Below, one piece after another: positions 12,086-23,805 of a DNA stretch of 64,000 nucleotides. Position 1 is the first letter of the stretch; each line of letters starts with the position of its first letter. The position numbers and the translations under genes were made by a program. Source of the DNA: an uncultured Actinomycetota bacterium (lineage in GTDB: Bacteria; Actinomycetota; Actinomycetes; Propionibacteriales; Nocardioidaceae); the NCBI GenBank assembly GCA_963806345.1, contig CAWDXV010000022.1, positions 182,929-246,928 on the forward strand, given 5' to 3'. The notes beneath the pieces were generated by a model. It ran no database searches, was not told the origin of the DNA, and saw only the letters and a program-made list of their open reading frames with translations.

Positions 12086-12832
12086 ATGGCTCAGAAACAG
12101 TCCATCCTCGGGCGCATCGGACAGTTGACGCGCGCCAACATCAACGCCCTCCTCGACAAGGCCGAGGACCCGGAGAAGATGCTGGACCAGCTGGTGCGCG
12201 ACTACACCAACTCGATCGCCGAGGCCGAGGACGCCGTCGCCCAGACGATCGGCAACCTGCGCCTCGCCGAGGCCGATCACGCCGAGGACGTCGCCGCGGT
12301 CAAGGAGTGGGGCGCCAAGGCGCTCGCCGCCTCGCAGAAGGCGGACTCCCTCCGCGCCTCCGGCCAGGCCGCCGAGGCCGACAAGTTCGACCAGCTCGCC
12401 AAGATCGCGCTCTCCAAGCAGATCGGCTTCGAGACCGAGGCCAAGCAGGCCGCGCCGCAGATCGCGGCGCAGAACGAGACCGTCGAGAAGCTCAAGGCCG
12501 GGCTGATCGGCATGCAGGGCAAGCTCGGCGAGCTGCAGACCAAGCGCGATCAGCTCGTCGCCCGCGCCAAGAGCGCCGAGGCCCAGGCCAAGGTCCAGGA
12601 CGCGGTCAAGTCGATCGACGTGCTCGACCCGACCAGCGAGCTGGGCCGGTTCGAGGACAAGGTCCGTCGCTCGGAGGCGCAGGTCGCCGGTCAGGCCGAG
12701 CTCAACGCCGCGACCGCCGACCCGTGGGACGAGCTCGAGGAGTCGTCGACCAACGCCGAGGTCGAGGCCCGGCTGTCCGAGCTCAAGAGCCTTGGCGCAG
12801 GCACCCCGGCACCCGAGGCGGTGTCCGAGTGA
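12086..12832 (+). CDS. pspA: PspA/IM30 family protein
   Basis: ANINALLDKAEDPEKMLDQ, coiled coil, FEDKVRR, EVEARLSELK. Confidence 0.9.
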   Translation: MAQKQSILGRIGQLTRANINALLDKAEDPEKMLDQLVRDYTNSIAEAEDAVAQTIGNLRLAEADHAEDVAAVKEWGAKALAASQKADSLRASGQAAEADKFDQLAKIALSKQIGFETEAKQAAPQIAAQNETVEKLKAGLIGMQGKLGELQTKRDQLVARAKSAEAQAKVQDAVKSIDVLDPTSELGRFEDKVRRSEAQVAGQAELNAATADPWDELEESSTNAEVEARLSELKSLGAGTPAPEAVSE

Positions 12833-13314
12833 AGCTCACCGAGTCGTTCAGCTACGAGGGCGCCGACGTCGAGGCGGTCTACGCCCTGATCACCGACCAG
12901 GCGTTCCGCACCGAGTCGTGCGCCAACCAGGGATCGCTCGAGTACGAGGTCACGGTCGAGTCCTCAGGCGACGGCGCGACGGTGACGGTCGTCCGTACGC
13001 AGGAGGCCGACATGCCGGACTTCGTCAAGAAGCTGACCGGCAGCACCGTCAAGGTCAAGCAGACCGAGGTGTGGAGCGGCCCCGATGCCGGCGGCAACCG
13101 CAGCGCCGACGTCAAGGTCAGCATCATCGGTCAGCCCGCCGAGATGGTCGGCACGGCCAACCTGATCGCCAACGGCGCCGCGACCGACTTCACCCTCGAC
13201 GGCGACGTCAAGGTGTCGATCCCGTTCATCGGCAAGAAGATCGAGCCCGAGGTCGCCAAGGCGATCCGGTCCTCGCTCCGCGAAGAGGTCGAGTACGGGC
13301 AGACCAAGCTCTAG
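12829..13314 (+). CDS. DUF2505 (SRPBCC-like) protein
   Basis: GTG start overlapping pspA stop; VKVSIPFIGKKIE motif. Confidence 0.8.
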   Translation: MKLTESFSYEGADVEAVYALITDQAFRTESCANQGSLEYEVTVESSGDGATVTVVRTQEADMPDFVKKLTGSTVKVKQTEVWSGPDAGGNRSADVKVSIIGQPAEMVGTANLIANGAATDFTLDGDVKVSIPFIGKKIEPEVAKAIRSSLREEVEYGQTKL

Positions 13315-13327
13315 ACGACAGGCGAGC

Positions 13328-13636
13328 TCACGACGCCGTGTTCGGCCCCGCAAGGGCGCTGAGCACGGCGTCGATCTCTTGGGTGGCGTACCACGCGAGG
13401 TCGCCCGAGCCGTCGACGTCGAGGTGGAACGACACGACCTCGTCGAGGCTCACCGGTCCGTCGGGGTCGTCGACCTCGGCCGCGGCCACCACGGCGGCGT
13501 GCTCGGACGCCTCCTCCAGCGCGGCGAGCTCGTCCTCCTCGTCCTCCGAGGCGGCGACGAACGCCGGGGCGCTGATCGAGGCGCCGCCGGCCAGCGCCGT
13601 CAGCTCGTCGCGGCCGACCGCGAGATAGACCCTCAT
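13328..13636 (-). CDS. Conserved actinobacterial hypothetical protein (DUF6912-like)
   Basis: MRVYL..DEEDE..LAWYATQEI. Confidence 0.75.
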   Translation of the reverse strand: MRVYLAVGRDELTALAGGASISAPAFVAASEDEEDELAALEEASEHAAVVAAAEVDDPDGPVSLDEVVSFHLDVDGSGDLAWYATQEIDAVLSALAGPNTAS

Positions 13637-15036
13637 GACTTCGCCGGCCGCTGCCGGCCGCGGGGCGCGCGCGTACGGCGACCATCGACCGACTCGACGA
13701 GCTCGAGCAAGGCGTCCTCGATGCACTGCGCCAGCACGTCGACGTCAGGCACCGCCTCGCGGTCGGCGACGATGCCGAAGAACACCTTGCTGTTGTAGGA
13801 CGTCACGCCGATCGAGACGGCGCGGCGACCGCTCAGGGGTATGCACGGATAGACCTCGCTGACCGCCTCGCCGGCCATGTAGACCGGGTCCTGCGGGCCC
13901 GGCACGTTGGTGATCACGATCTGGTGGCCGCGGCCTGCCTCGGCATCGGCGACTCGCGCGCCGACAGCGTGGAACGTCGAGGTGGCGAAGCCCGGCAGGT
14001 TGGCGAGCTTGTTGGCGGCCACGGCCGAGCCGGTCTCGCGGTGATCCTTGAGCGCGTACGAGACCTGGTGCAGCCGGACGACGGGATTGGACTCGCCGAC
14101 CGGCAGCGAGAGCAGGTGGCCACGGACCTTGGAACCCAGCGAGGTCGGCAGGCCGTCCTCGGCCACGACCGACATCGGCACCATCGCGCGGAAGCTCGTC
14201 TTGGGCGTCACCGGCTCCGCGCGGGTCAGCATCCAGCCCCGGATGCCGCCGGCGATCACGGCGAGGATGACGTCGTTGACCGTGCCGCCGTGCTCCTCGC
14301 GCACGCGACGGAAGTCGTCGAGTCCCGCAGCCAGTGACGCGAACCGGCGATGCCGCGACAGCTCGGTCGACAGGACGCTGTTGGGCGGCTGGCCGTCGAC
14401 GCCGATGACCGGCAGCCGGCGGGCGATCCGCCCGAGGTTGAGCTCGGCGACGCGCAGGGCCTCGCCGGGGTGGCGCAGGTTGCGGTTGAGCGTGCCGACG
14501 ACGAGCTCGGCGGCGTTGGGCTCCGAGCGAGGGTTCCACTCCTCGTGCGGGATGTCGCGGTCGTACGCGGTCTCCTCGAGCAGGACCTGCGCGAGGTCGA
14601 CCGTCTCGGAGCCGTCGACCAGCGCCTGGTGGGCCTTGAACAGCAGCGCGACGCGCCCCTCGGACAGCCCCTCGATCAGGTAGAGCTCCCACAGCGGGCG
14701 GTCGAGGTCGAGCCGGCGGGCGATCAGCCGCCCCACCAGCTCGTGCAACGCTGCGCTCGTGCCCGGCCGCGGGAGCGCCGAGCGGCGTACGTGCAACGAG
14801 ATGTCGAAGTTCTCGTCGTCGAGCCACACCGGCGTGCCCAGGGATGCCGGGACGGTCCGCGGGACCTGGCGGTAGCGCGGGACGAGATCGATGCGCTCGT
14901 TGATGACGTGGATCAGGCGGTCGTAGTCGAGGGGGTGCTCACCGGGCTCGAGGATGGCCAGCGAAGCGATCTGGCGAGGGACGGTCGGGCTGTCCTGCTG
15001 CAGGAACATCGCATCCAGCGGGCTCAACCGTTGCAT
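13633..15036 (-). CDS. Wax ester synthase/DGAT family O-acyltransferase
   Basis: RLSPLDAMFL, LDLDRPLWELYLIEGL, active-site variant KAHQALVDG, TVNDVILA, ITNVPGP. Confidence 0.9.
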   Translation of the reverse strand: MQRLSPLDAMFLQQDSPTVPRQIASLAILEPGEHPLDYDRLIHVINERIDLVPRYRQVPRTVPASLGTPVWLDDENFDISLHVRRSALPRPGTSAALHELVGRLIARRLDLDRPLWELYLIEGLSEGRVALLFKAHQALVDGSETVDLAQVLLEETAYDRDIPHEEWNPRSEPNAAELVVGTLNRNLRHPGEALRVAELNLGRIARRLPVIGVDGQPPNSVLSTELSRHRRFASLAAGLDDFRRVREEHGGTVNDVILAVIAGGIRGWMLTRAEPVTPKTSFRAMVPMSVVAEDGLPTSLGSKVRGHLLSLPVGESNPVVRLHQVSYALKDHRETGSAVAANKLANLPGFATSTFHAVGARVADAEAGRGHQIVITNVPGPQDPVYMAGEAVSEVYPCIPLSGRRAVSIGVTSYNSKVFFGIVADREAVPDVDVLAQCIEDALLELVESVDGRRTRAPRGRQRPAKS

Positions 15037-15077
15037 GGCACTCCTCAGGGACGTCCTGCAGAGAAGTTACCACCGGG

Positions 15078-16227
15078 TCATGGTGCGGCACCCGAGAGCA
15101 CGCCGGGTGTTCCGACCTGTGACACAAGACTCCTGGCCAGCACCTCGATCCGGGTCACGAACGGCGACGACGGCGCGACGTCGCGTGGCGTACGTCCGCT
15201 GACCGCCGCCAGGTCGAGTCCCGACTGGTCGAACGGCAGGTAGGTCGTCGGGACGATCCCGGTGAGCCGTCGCAGCGTCGCGTCGATCTCGCGCTCGCGC
15301 CAGCCCAACGACGTACGGGTCATGTTGACCACGAGGGTCGGCACGCAGCCTGGCACCGCCTCGGCGAGGTCGTGCAGGCCGCGCACCAGTCGCGCGAGAC
15401 CCACCGGGTCGGGCCGGCCGACCGCCACGATCGCGTCGGCCTGGTCGAGGACCTGGAGCGTCGACTGGTTGCGGTTGCCGGTGTGGCCCGTGCCTGCCTC
15501 GAGGGAGAAGCCGCAGTCCACGACGAGCAACCCCGCGACGGCGCGCAGCCGGGCGAGCACGAGCTCGAACGCTCCCGTGCGCACCTGCGGCCACATGTCG
15601 GCTCGCGGCAGCCCGGTCAGCAGCCGAAGGTTGTCCTCGACGCCCAGCAGGTGGTCGGCGACCTCTGCCGCACGTCCGGTGTTGGCTGCGCGGCACGCGG
15701 CCACGAGTCCACTGACGTCATCGAGCACCGACAGCGCCTGCCCGAGAGAACCTCCGTAGGTGTCCGCGTCGACGAGCACCGTGTCGGTGCCGTGCGCCGC
15801 GGCCGCCGACGCGAGCGCCCAGTGCGACGGTGCTGCGACCGGGCGCGCCGGCCGGTCCCCACACCGCGATCAGCGGGGCTCGTTCCTCTTCGGGTGCGTG
15901 GCGTGGCGCGGGCGCGTCACGCGCCACGACGTCCAAGGACCCGAGGAGCAGCGTGCGCTCGATGCCCAGGGCCCGGCACAGCGCGTCGTCCGCCTCGACC
16001 GCAGCCACGCGTATGCCGGCGTGCTCGAGGCGATAGACCGCATCGGCATCGAGGCCCGTCAGGTCGGCGGTGACGAGGGCGGCGGCGGCCAGATCGGTCT
16101 CGGCGACTGCGAGGAGATCGGCGACGTCGACGCAACGGCGTACCAGGCGAAGCTGCGCGGAGCCCTCGATCTCGCGGATCGCCGCCGCCTCCCACGGTGC
16201 GCCTCCCGCCGCCAGGACGACATCCAT
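15078..16227 (-). CDS. CpaE/TadZ-like MinD/ParA-superfamily P-loop protein with N-terminal receiver-like domain (frameshift ~15820)
   Basis: VRRCVDVADLLA N-terminus; Walker A variant VWGPAGAPGRST; LVDADTYGG; VVDCGF. Confidence 0.78.
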
Positions 16228-16889
16228 CAGGACACCCTGACGAGAGTCACGTGACCGGCCGCCACGGTGCTGACGACCGATCCCCGGAGCTGGGACTCGT
16301 CGACGTCCACCAGGACGGTCTGCGCCAGCGAGCCGCTCGAGGCGGCCGCCTCGTCACCCGACTCGATGACCCGCACGGACTCGAGCACGAGCCTGGCCTT
16401 GCCCACCGGCTCGTCGCCGGGACCCGGCCCCACCCACACGTCGACGAGGTCGCCGCGGTCGAGGTCCGCCGGCGCCGCGCCGTCGGCCACGTTGAGCGGC
16501 AGCTGGCTCCGGGTCGTGCTGGACCGGCTCACCAGCGACTCCTTGCCGACCAGCGATCCTGCGGCGACGCCGTGGGCCCAGACCAGCTCGTCGAGTGGCG
16601 CCTCGAACTCCTCGTCGGTGCGCAGGTAGGCACCCTTGGTCGCCGACGACAGGCGTACGCGCGTCGCCTGGAGCGAGTCGCGGCTGACCGGGTCGCCCGG
16701 CGCGACGTCCGACCTGACGGTCCAGTACTCGACCGTGTCGTCGCTGGCGGCTGCGAGCCGGGCGCCAAGGATCGTCGCCCCCAGCACGAGCAGCAGCCCG
16801 ATCAGGAGTCGTGGGTCGCGCCACGGTCGGATGCGCAAGCGTTGCGCTGCTGTCCTGCCTGATCCCCCAGGCCCCCGCCAGTTCGTCAT
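16227..16889 (-). CDS. SAF-domain/CpaB (RcpC)-like membrane-anchored protein
   Basis: WRDPRLLIGLLLVLG TM anchor; SAF-like region; GDLVDVWV motif. Confidence 0.72.
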   Translation of the reverse strand: MTNWRGPGGSGRTAAQRLRIRPWRDPRLLIGLLLVLGATILGARLAAASDDTVEYWTVRSDVAPGDPVSRDSLQATRVRLSSATKGAYLRTDEEFEAPLDELVWAHGVAAGSLVGKESLVSRSSTTRSQLPLNVADGAAPADLDRGDLVDVWVGPGPGDEPVGKARLVLESVRVIESGDEAAASSGSLAQTVLVDVDESQLRGSVVSTVAAGHVTLVRVS

Positions 16890-16919
16890 GCATCGGTTGT
16901 ACAGACTCGGGCAACATTC

Positions 16920-16950
16920 GTCCATACCCCCTCGGGGTTGTCCACAGGAG
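16920..16950 (+). promoter_or_regulatory. GTCCACAG motif (overlaps perfect actinobacterial DnaA box TTGTCCACA) in divergent promoter
   Basis: TTGTCCACA 16938-16946; related GTCCATAC at 16920, 20 bp before GTCCACAG. Confidence 0.5.
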
Positions 16951-16998
16951 AGCCGAGCCTGCGACGACGCTGACACCCAGTCATGGGAAACTGGAGCC

Positions 16999-17241
16999 AT
17001 GCCACCCACCAGCCCGCGGTTCCTCACGCTGGCCGACGTCGCAGAGGTCCTCAACGTCACGGTGCGTCAGGTGTATGCGCTCGTCCGCTCCGGCGACCTG
17101 CGCGGCATCCAGATCGGCGGACGCGGCCAGTGGCGCATCGAGAACGACCAGCTCGAGGACTACATCGCGCGCCAGTACGCCCGCGCCGACGCACCCGACG
17201 AGCACCTCGCACCCAGCGACGACGTCACGTCCGACCGCTGA
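16999..17241 (+). CDS. Excisionase/BldC-like (HTH_17, MerR-type) DNA-binding protein
   Basis: RFLTLADVAEVLNVTVRQVYALVRSGDLRGIQIGGRGQWRI. Confidence 0.88.
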   Translation: MPPTSPRFLTLADVAEVLNVTVRQVYALVRSGDLRGIQIGGRGQWRIENDQLEDYIARQYARADAPDEHLAPSDDVTSDR

Positions 17242-17729
17242 CCACCGCGATCGCGTCGAACGGCAGCACCTGATCGCGCCCTGACCCGGCCCTCAGGCGT
17301 ACGAAGTCGCGTCCGGCGACCACGACGCCGCCCTCGCGCACCGTCCCGTCGACGAGCCGCACGCGGACCTCCTCACCCGCCTCGCGCAGCGCCCGGAACA
17401 CCTGACCCCAGCCGAGGCCTCCCCCACTGCCGTTGAGGAGTCCGCGCGTCGCTCGACTCGAGTGGATCCCCATCACGGCGGCAGGCGTTGACGACGTGGT
17501 CCATCGTGTCGCCGCGCAGATGCACCAGGCGTTCGTTGACGAGCGCGACGTCACCCTCGACCCGGTCCGCCCCACGGACGGTCAGCACGACATGGCCGCC
17601 GAGCAGGTGCCGCCACGACGTCTGGGCCCAGTCGCCGTCCCGCAGCTCGTCGACCAGTGCGTCTCGCTCGTCGAGCTCCAGATCGGCCGCCTGCGCCTCG
17701 AGGTCCTCGAACAACCGCTCCCACCGCAT
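17225..17729 (-). CDS. Conserved actinobacterial hypothetical protein (frameshift ~17490)
   Basis: MRWERLFEDLEAQ.. joined to ..VRVRLVDGTVREG..GRDFV..LPFDAIAVV. Confidence 0.72.
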
Positions 17730-17757
17730 GCCGGAACGCTATCCCAGCGCGCGCACG

Positions 17758-17840
17758 CTCCTGTGCACACGTTGTTGACAGACCATCACAAACGGTCTTG
17801 TCTGTATTCAAACGTCATCAAACGTCATCAAACGCTGATC
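17758..17840. promoter_or_regulatory. Divergent promoter with TTGACA and four 10-bp-phased CAAACG repeats
   Basis: TTGACA 17775-17780; CAAACG at 17789, 17809, 17819, 17829; locally AT-rich. Confidence 0.7.
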
Positions 17841-17851
17841 GGGGGGTTGGC

Positions 17852-18445
17852 ATGGTTTCGCGCAGCGGATGGGCACTCACCTGCCTGGCCGGCCTGAGCG
17901 CCGGGCTCCTGGCGCCCGACGCCGGCGCCATGATCGGCGACCTGCACGGGCAGAGCTTCCCCGCCGCTCTGCTCGCGGCTCGGCGGCGCTGGTGCAGCTG
18001 CGCTCGCGTCCTGGGTGCTCCTGACCATCACCCTGTCGCTCGTTCACGCACCGGCAGCGCTCGTCCGGGCGATCACGCCGCGGCTGCTGCGCCGAGCGCT
18101 GTTCGCGGGACGGCGGGCGCCCTCGCCCTGGCTCCCGTGCACGCCGACCAGGTCGCCGCGCCGTCCCGGCCGGCACATCACGACCTCACCGGCCTGCAGC
18201 TGCCCGACCGCCCGGTCGCCGCCGCGCCATCACCCGCCGCCGACACCGCGGCCGTCGTCGTACGCCGCGGCGACACGCTGTGGGCCATCGCGGCGCGCTC
18301 ACTGCCGCCCGGTGCCAGCGCAGCCGACATCGCCCGTGCGTGCGCGCGGTGGCACGCCGCCAACCGCGACGTCATCGGCGACGACCCCAACCTCATCTTC
18401 CCCATGCAACGACTCGTTCCGCCGCTCGGGAAGGACCCCACATGA
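17852..18445 (+). CDS. Membrane-anchored LysM domain protein (frameshifts ~17985, ~18110)
   Basis: Hydrophobic N-terminal segments; VVVRRGDTLWAIAA..WHAANRDVIGDDPNLIFP. Confidence 0.82.
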   Translation: MVSRSGWALTCLAGLSAGLLAPDAGAMIGDLHGQSFPAALLAARRRWCSCARVLGAPDHHPVARSRTGSARPGDHAAAAAPSAVRGTAGALALAPVHADQVAAPSRPAHHDLTGLQLPDRPVAAAPSPAADTAAVVVRRGDTLWAIAARSLPPGASAADIARACARWHAANRDVIGDDPNLIFPMQRLVPPLGKDPT

Positions 18446-18927
18446 AGACCGCCACCGCCCTGCTCGTCCCCTCGCTCCAACCGTCGTTCGCCGGCCCCGT
18501 CGAGCCGGCCCCGGGTCAGATACCGCTGCCGTTCCCCGGCATGAGCCCCGTGCTCCCGGTCCCGGTCGAGCGCGGCGACGCGCGACCGCATGCGGCAGCG
18601 CGTCGGCACGATTCATGCAGGCGCTCGTCGAGGTGCTGTCGGGCGAGCGCGCGGTTCGCCAGATGGCGGCGTGGATGGCGCCCGACGTCTACGACCAGCT
18701 GACGCAGCCGGCTCGCTGCGCACGCCCGGGTGCCGCTGCGGTCACGCTCGGGCCACGGCGCCGCGATCGTCTCGGTGCACGTCGCGATGGTCCACGACGG
18801 TGCGGCCGAGATCGCCGGCCGCATGGTGCATCGCGGCCGGTCCCGCGCCATCGCCGTACGCCTGGAGCTCCAGACCACCCACCGAGGCGACCAGGTCTGG
18901 CGGTGCACAGCCCTCACCTGGGCCTGA
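18442..18927 (+). CDS. Rv3235-family protein (frameshifts ~18590, ~18705)
   Basis: ALVEVLSGERAVRQMAAW; AEI..RSRAIAVRLE..WRCTAL. Confidence 0.8.
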
Positions 18928-18932
18928 GCCGA

Positions 18933-18962
18933 CTCGGCCCATGATCGCACCCATGGGCCGAG
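18933..18962. terminator. Hairpin between convergent Rv3235-like gene and secA
   Basis: CTCGGCCCATG-8nt-CATGGGCCGAG perfect 11-bp stem. Confidence 0.65.
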
Positions 18963-19049
18963 CGAGCGCAGTCGAGCGAAGGCAGGCGCCCAGGCGGAGC
19001 CTGGCAGCGGTGAGGAACGAGCCGCTAGGCGGCGAGCGAGCCGCGCGCC
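18960..19049. repeat. REP-like extragenic element
   Basis: GAGCGAGCGCAGTCGAGCGA..GAGGAACGAGC motifs resembling elements at 29374 and 54851. Confidence 0.5.
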
Positions 19050-21772
<2,723 letters not shown>

Positions 21773-21844
21773 TTAGATGCACTTCCTGATACGCCAGAGT
21801 CCGCGATGGCTGGAACTCCAGAAAAGTTTGAGAGCCTGTTCAGT

Positions 21845-23052
21845 CTAGGTGACGAGCAAGCGATGCCGTGAGTTCCCCGGCCAGATCACCCTTGACCGGC
21901 GGCGTGACGGTCTCCAGTCCCAGCCAGCGTCGCCATGAGCCGCAGCTCGGCGGCGAGCTCGTCGGCGGTCTCGTCGGGGGCGTGCGACTCGGCCCAGGCG
22001 CCGTGGACGATCAACGACCCCGCCTGCCGATCCGCCTTGAGGTCGACCCGCGCGACGAGCCGGTCGCCCAGCAGGAACGGCAGGACGTAGTAGCCGTGCA
22101 CCCGCTTCTCGGCGGGTACGTAGATCTCGATGCGGTAGCGGAAGTCGAACAGCTGCTCGGTGCGCGTGCGCTCGAACACCAAGGGGTCGAACGGGCTCAG
22201 CAAGGCCCGAGCCGTCACCTTGCGCGGCCGGACGGCGTCGCGGTGCAGGTACGCCGGGCGCTTCCAGCCCGCGATCGTGGCGGGGACGAGCTCGCCGCTC
22301 TCGACCAGCTCGTCGATCGCCACCTTGGTCGGCTCGGGTGCCATGCGGAAGTAGTCGCGCAGGCACTGGGCCGTGCCGACGCCGAGGGCACGGGCCGCAT
22401 GCCCGACCAACAGCCGATGGGCCTCCGCCGAGTCGAGCGGCGGCGCGTCGAACTGGGTCGCCGGGATGACGCGCTCGGGCAGGTCGTAGACCCGTTCGAA
22501 CGCCGAGTTGCGACGTGCCGCGGTGACCTGTCCCTTGTAGAAGAGGTATTCCAGGGCCATCTTGACCTCGGACCAGTTCCAGCCCCAGTTGTCCTTGTCG
22601 CGCGGCGCGTCGTGCTCGACCTCGCGAGCCGTCAGCGGGCCCTTCGCGCGCACCTCGTCCAGTACCCAGGCGACGAACTCAGGTTTGTCGCGGCTGATCC
22701 GCGCCATGTTGCCCCACATGCGGGCGCCGGCCTGCATCCTGAACTGGAACGCCTGCCAGAGGTTGACGTCGACGAGGGCAGCCTCGTGGGCCCAGTACTC
22801 GAACAGTCGCCTCGGCCGGCGCGACGCAGCGCGGTGCAACAGCTCGCGGTCGTAGGGTCCGAGGCGCGAGAACAGCGGCATGTAGTGCGCCCTGACCAGC
22901 ACGTTGACCGAGTCGATCTGGAAGAAGCCGAGTCGCTCGATGACGCGGTTGAGGTGCCGCGAGCCGACCTCGGCGTCGAGTCCGGGGCGTGGTCGGGTGA
23001 ACCCCTGCGCGCCCAGAGCGATGCGACGGGCTTGCGTCGTGGTCAGCTGCAT
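21845..23052 (-). CDS. YcaQ/AlkZ (HTH_42) winged-helix DNA crosslink glycosylase family protein (frameshift ~21925)
   Basis: QIDSVNVLVRAHY, FEYWAHEA, LLSPFDPL, YRIEIYVPAEKRVHGYYVLP. Confidence 0.9.
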
Positions 23053-23069
23053 GGACCCGATCGTCGTCT

Positions 23070-23105
23070 AGCCGTGTGACATTAAGGAGCCGTGTGACAT
23101 CAAGG
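23070..23105. repeat. 18-bp tandem duplication upstream of YcaQ-like gene
   Basis: AGCCGTGTGACATTAAGG / AGCCGTGTGACATCAAGG. Confidence 0.85.
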
Positions 23106-23762
23106 GATGTCGTCGACGAGCTTGCTGCGGACGGCGTACATCGCCGCCTCCATGCGCGACTTCATCTGCAGCTTCTCGAGGATGTTGCGGATGTGGTTCT
23201 TGACGGTGTTCTCGCTGATGAACAGCTCTTCGGCGATCTCGCGGTTGCTGCGACCGCGTGCGACGTGACGCAGCACGCCGAGCTCGCGGGGCGTGAGGTT
23301 GGTCGTCGGGGCGGGGCTCTTGGACATGTGCACGAACTCGTCGAGCAGCTTGGTCGCCATGCTGGGGCTGATCAGCGACTGGCCCGATGCGACGAGGCGG
23401 ACGGCCTCGGCCACCTGCTCGTACGTCGAACCGTCCTTGAGCAGGTAGCCCGAGGCGCCGCTGCGAATCGACTCGTAGAGGTCGGACTCGTCGTCGCTCG
23501 CCGTGAGCATGATGATGCCGGTCGTCGGAGAGATCTCCTTGATGGCCGCACACACCTCGACGCCGCTGCGTCCCGGCATGCGTACGTCGAGCAGCACGAT
23601 GTCGTAAGGGTTCTCGGCGACCATCTCGAGGGCCTTGTCGCCGTCGTCGACCTCTTCGAGCTCGAGGACGTCGTCGGCACCCAGCACCATCTTGACACCA
23701 CGTCGGAACAGCTCCTGGTCATCAACCAGAAGCACCCGAATGCTGTCAACCCGAGAAGTCAC
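23100..23762 (-). CDS. NarL/LuxR-family response regulator
   Basis: IRVLLVDDQELFRRG, LLDVRMP, LTPRELGVL..SNREIAEELFISENTVKNHIRNILEKL. Confidence 0.93.
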   Translation of the reverse strand: MTSRVDSIRVLLVDDQELFRRGVKMVLGADDVLELEEVDDGDKALEMVAENPYDIVLLDVRMPGRSGVEVCAAIKEISPTTGIIMLTASDDESDLYESIRSGASGYLLKDGSTYEQVAEAVRLVASGQSLISPSMATKLLDEFVHMSKSPAPTTNLTPRELGVLRHVARGRSNREIAEELFISENTVKNHIRNILEKLQMKSRMEAAMYAVRSKLVDDIP

Positions 23763-23805
23763 ATCCCGATCATGCCACGTGAAGGGCCCAATTGCGTCCT
23801 CACTG

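Noticed and set aside
16999-17241. Excisionase as a marker of a prophage or ICE
   Set aside because: No integrase, att site, tRNA or phage genes nearby; the context is core chromosome.
17789-17834. CRISPR-like array
   Set aside because: 10-bp units without unique spacers and no cas genes; the 44-45 kb repeats are only two copies around a gene.
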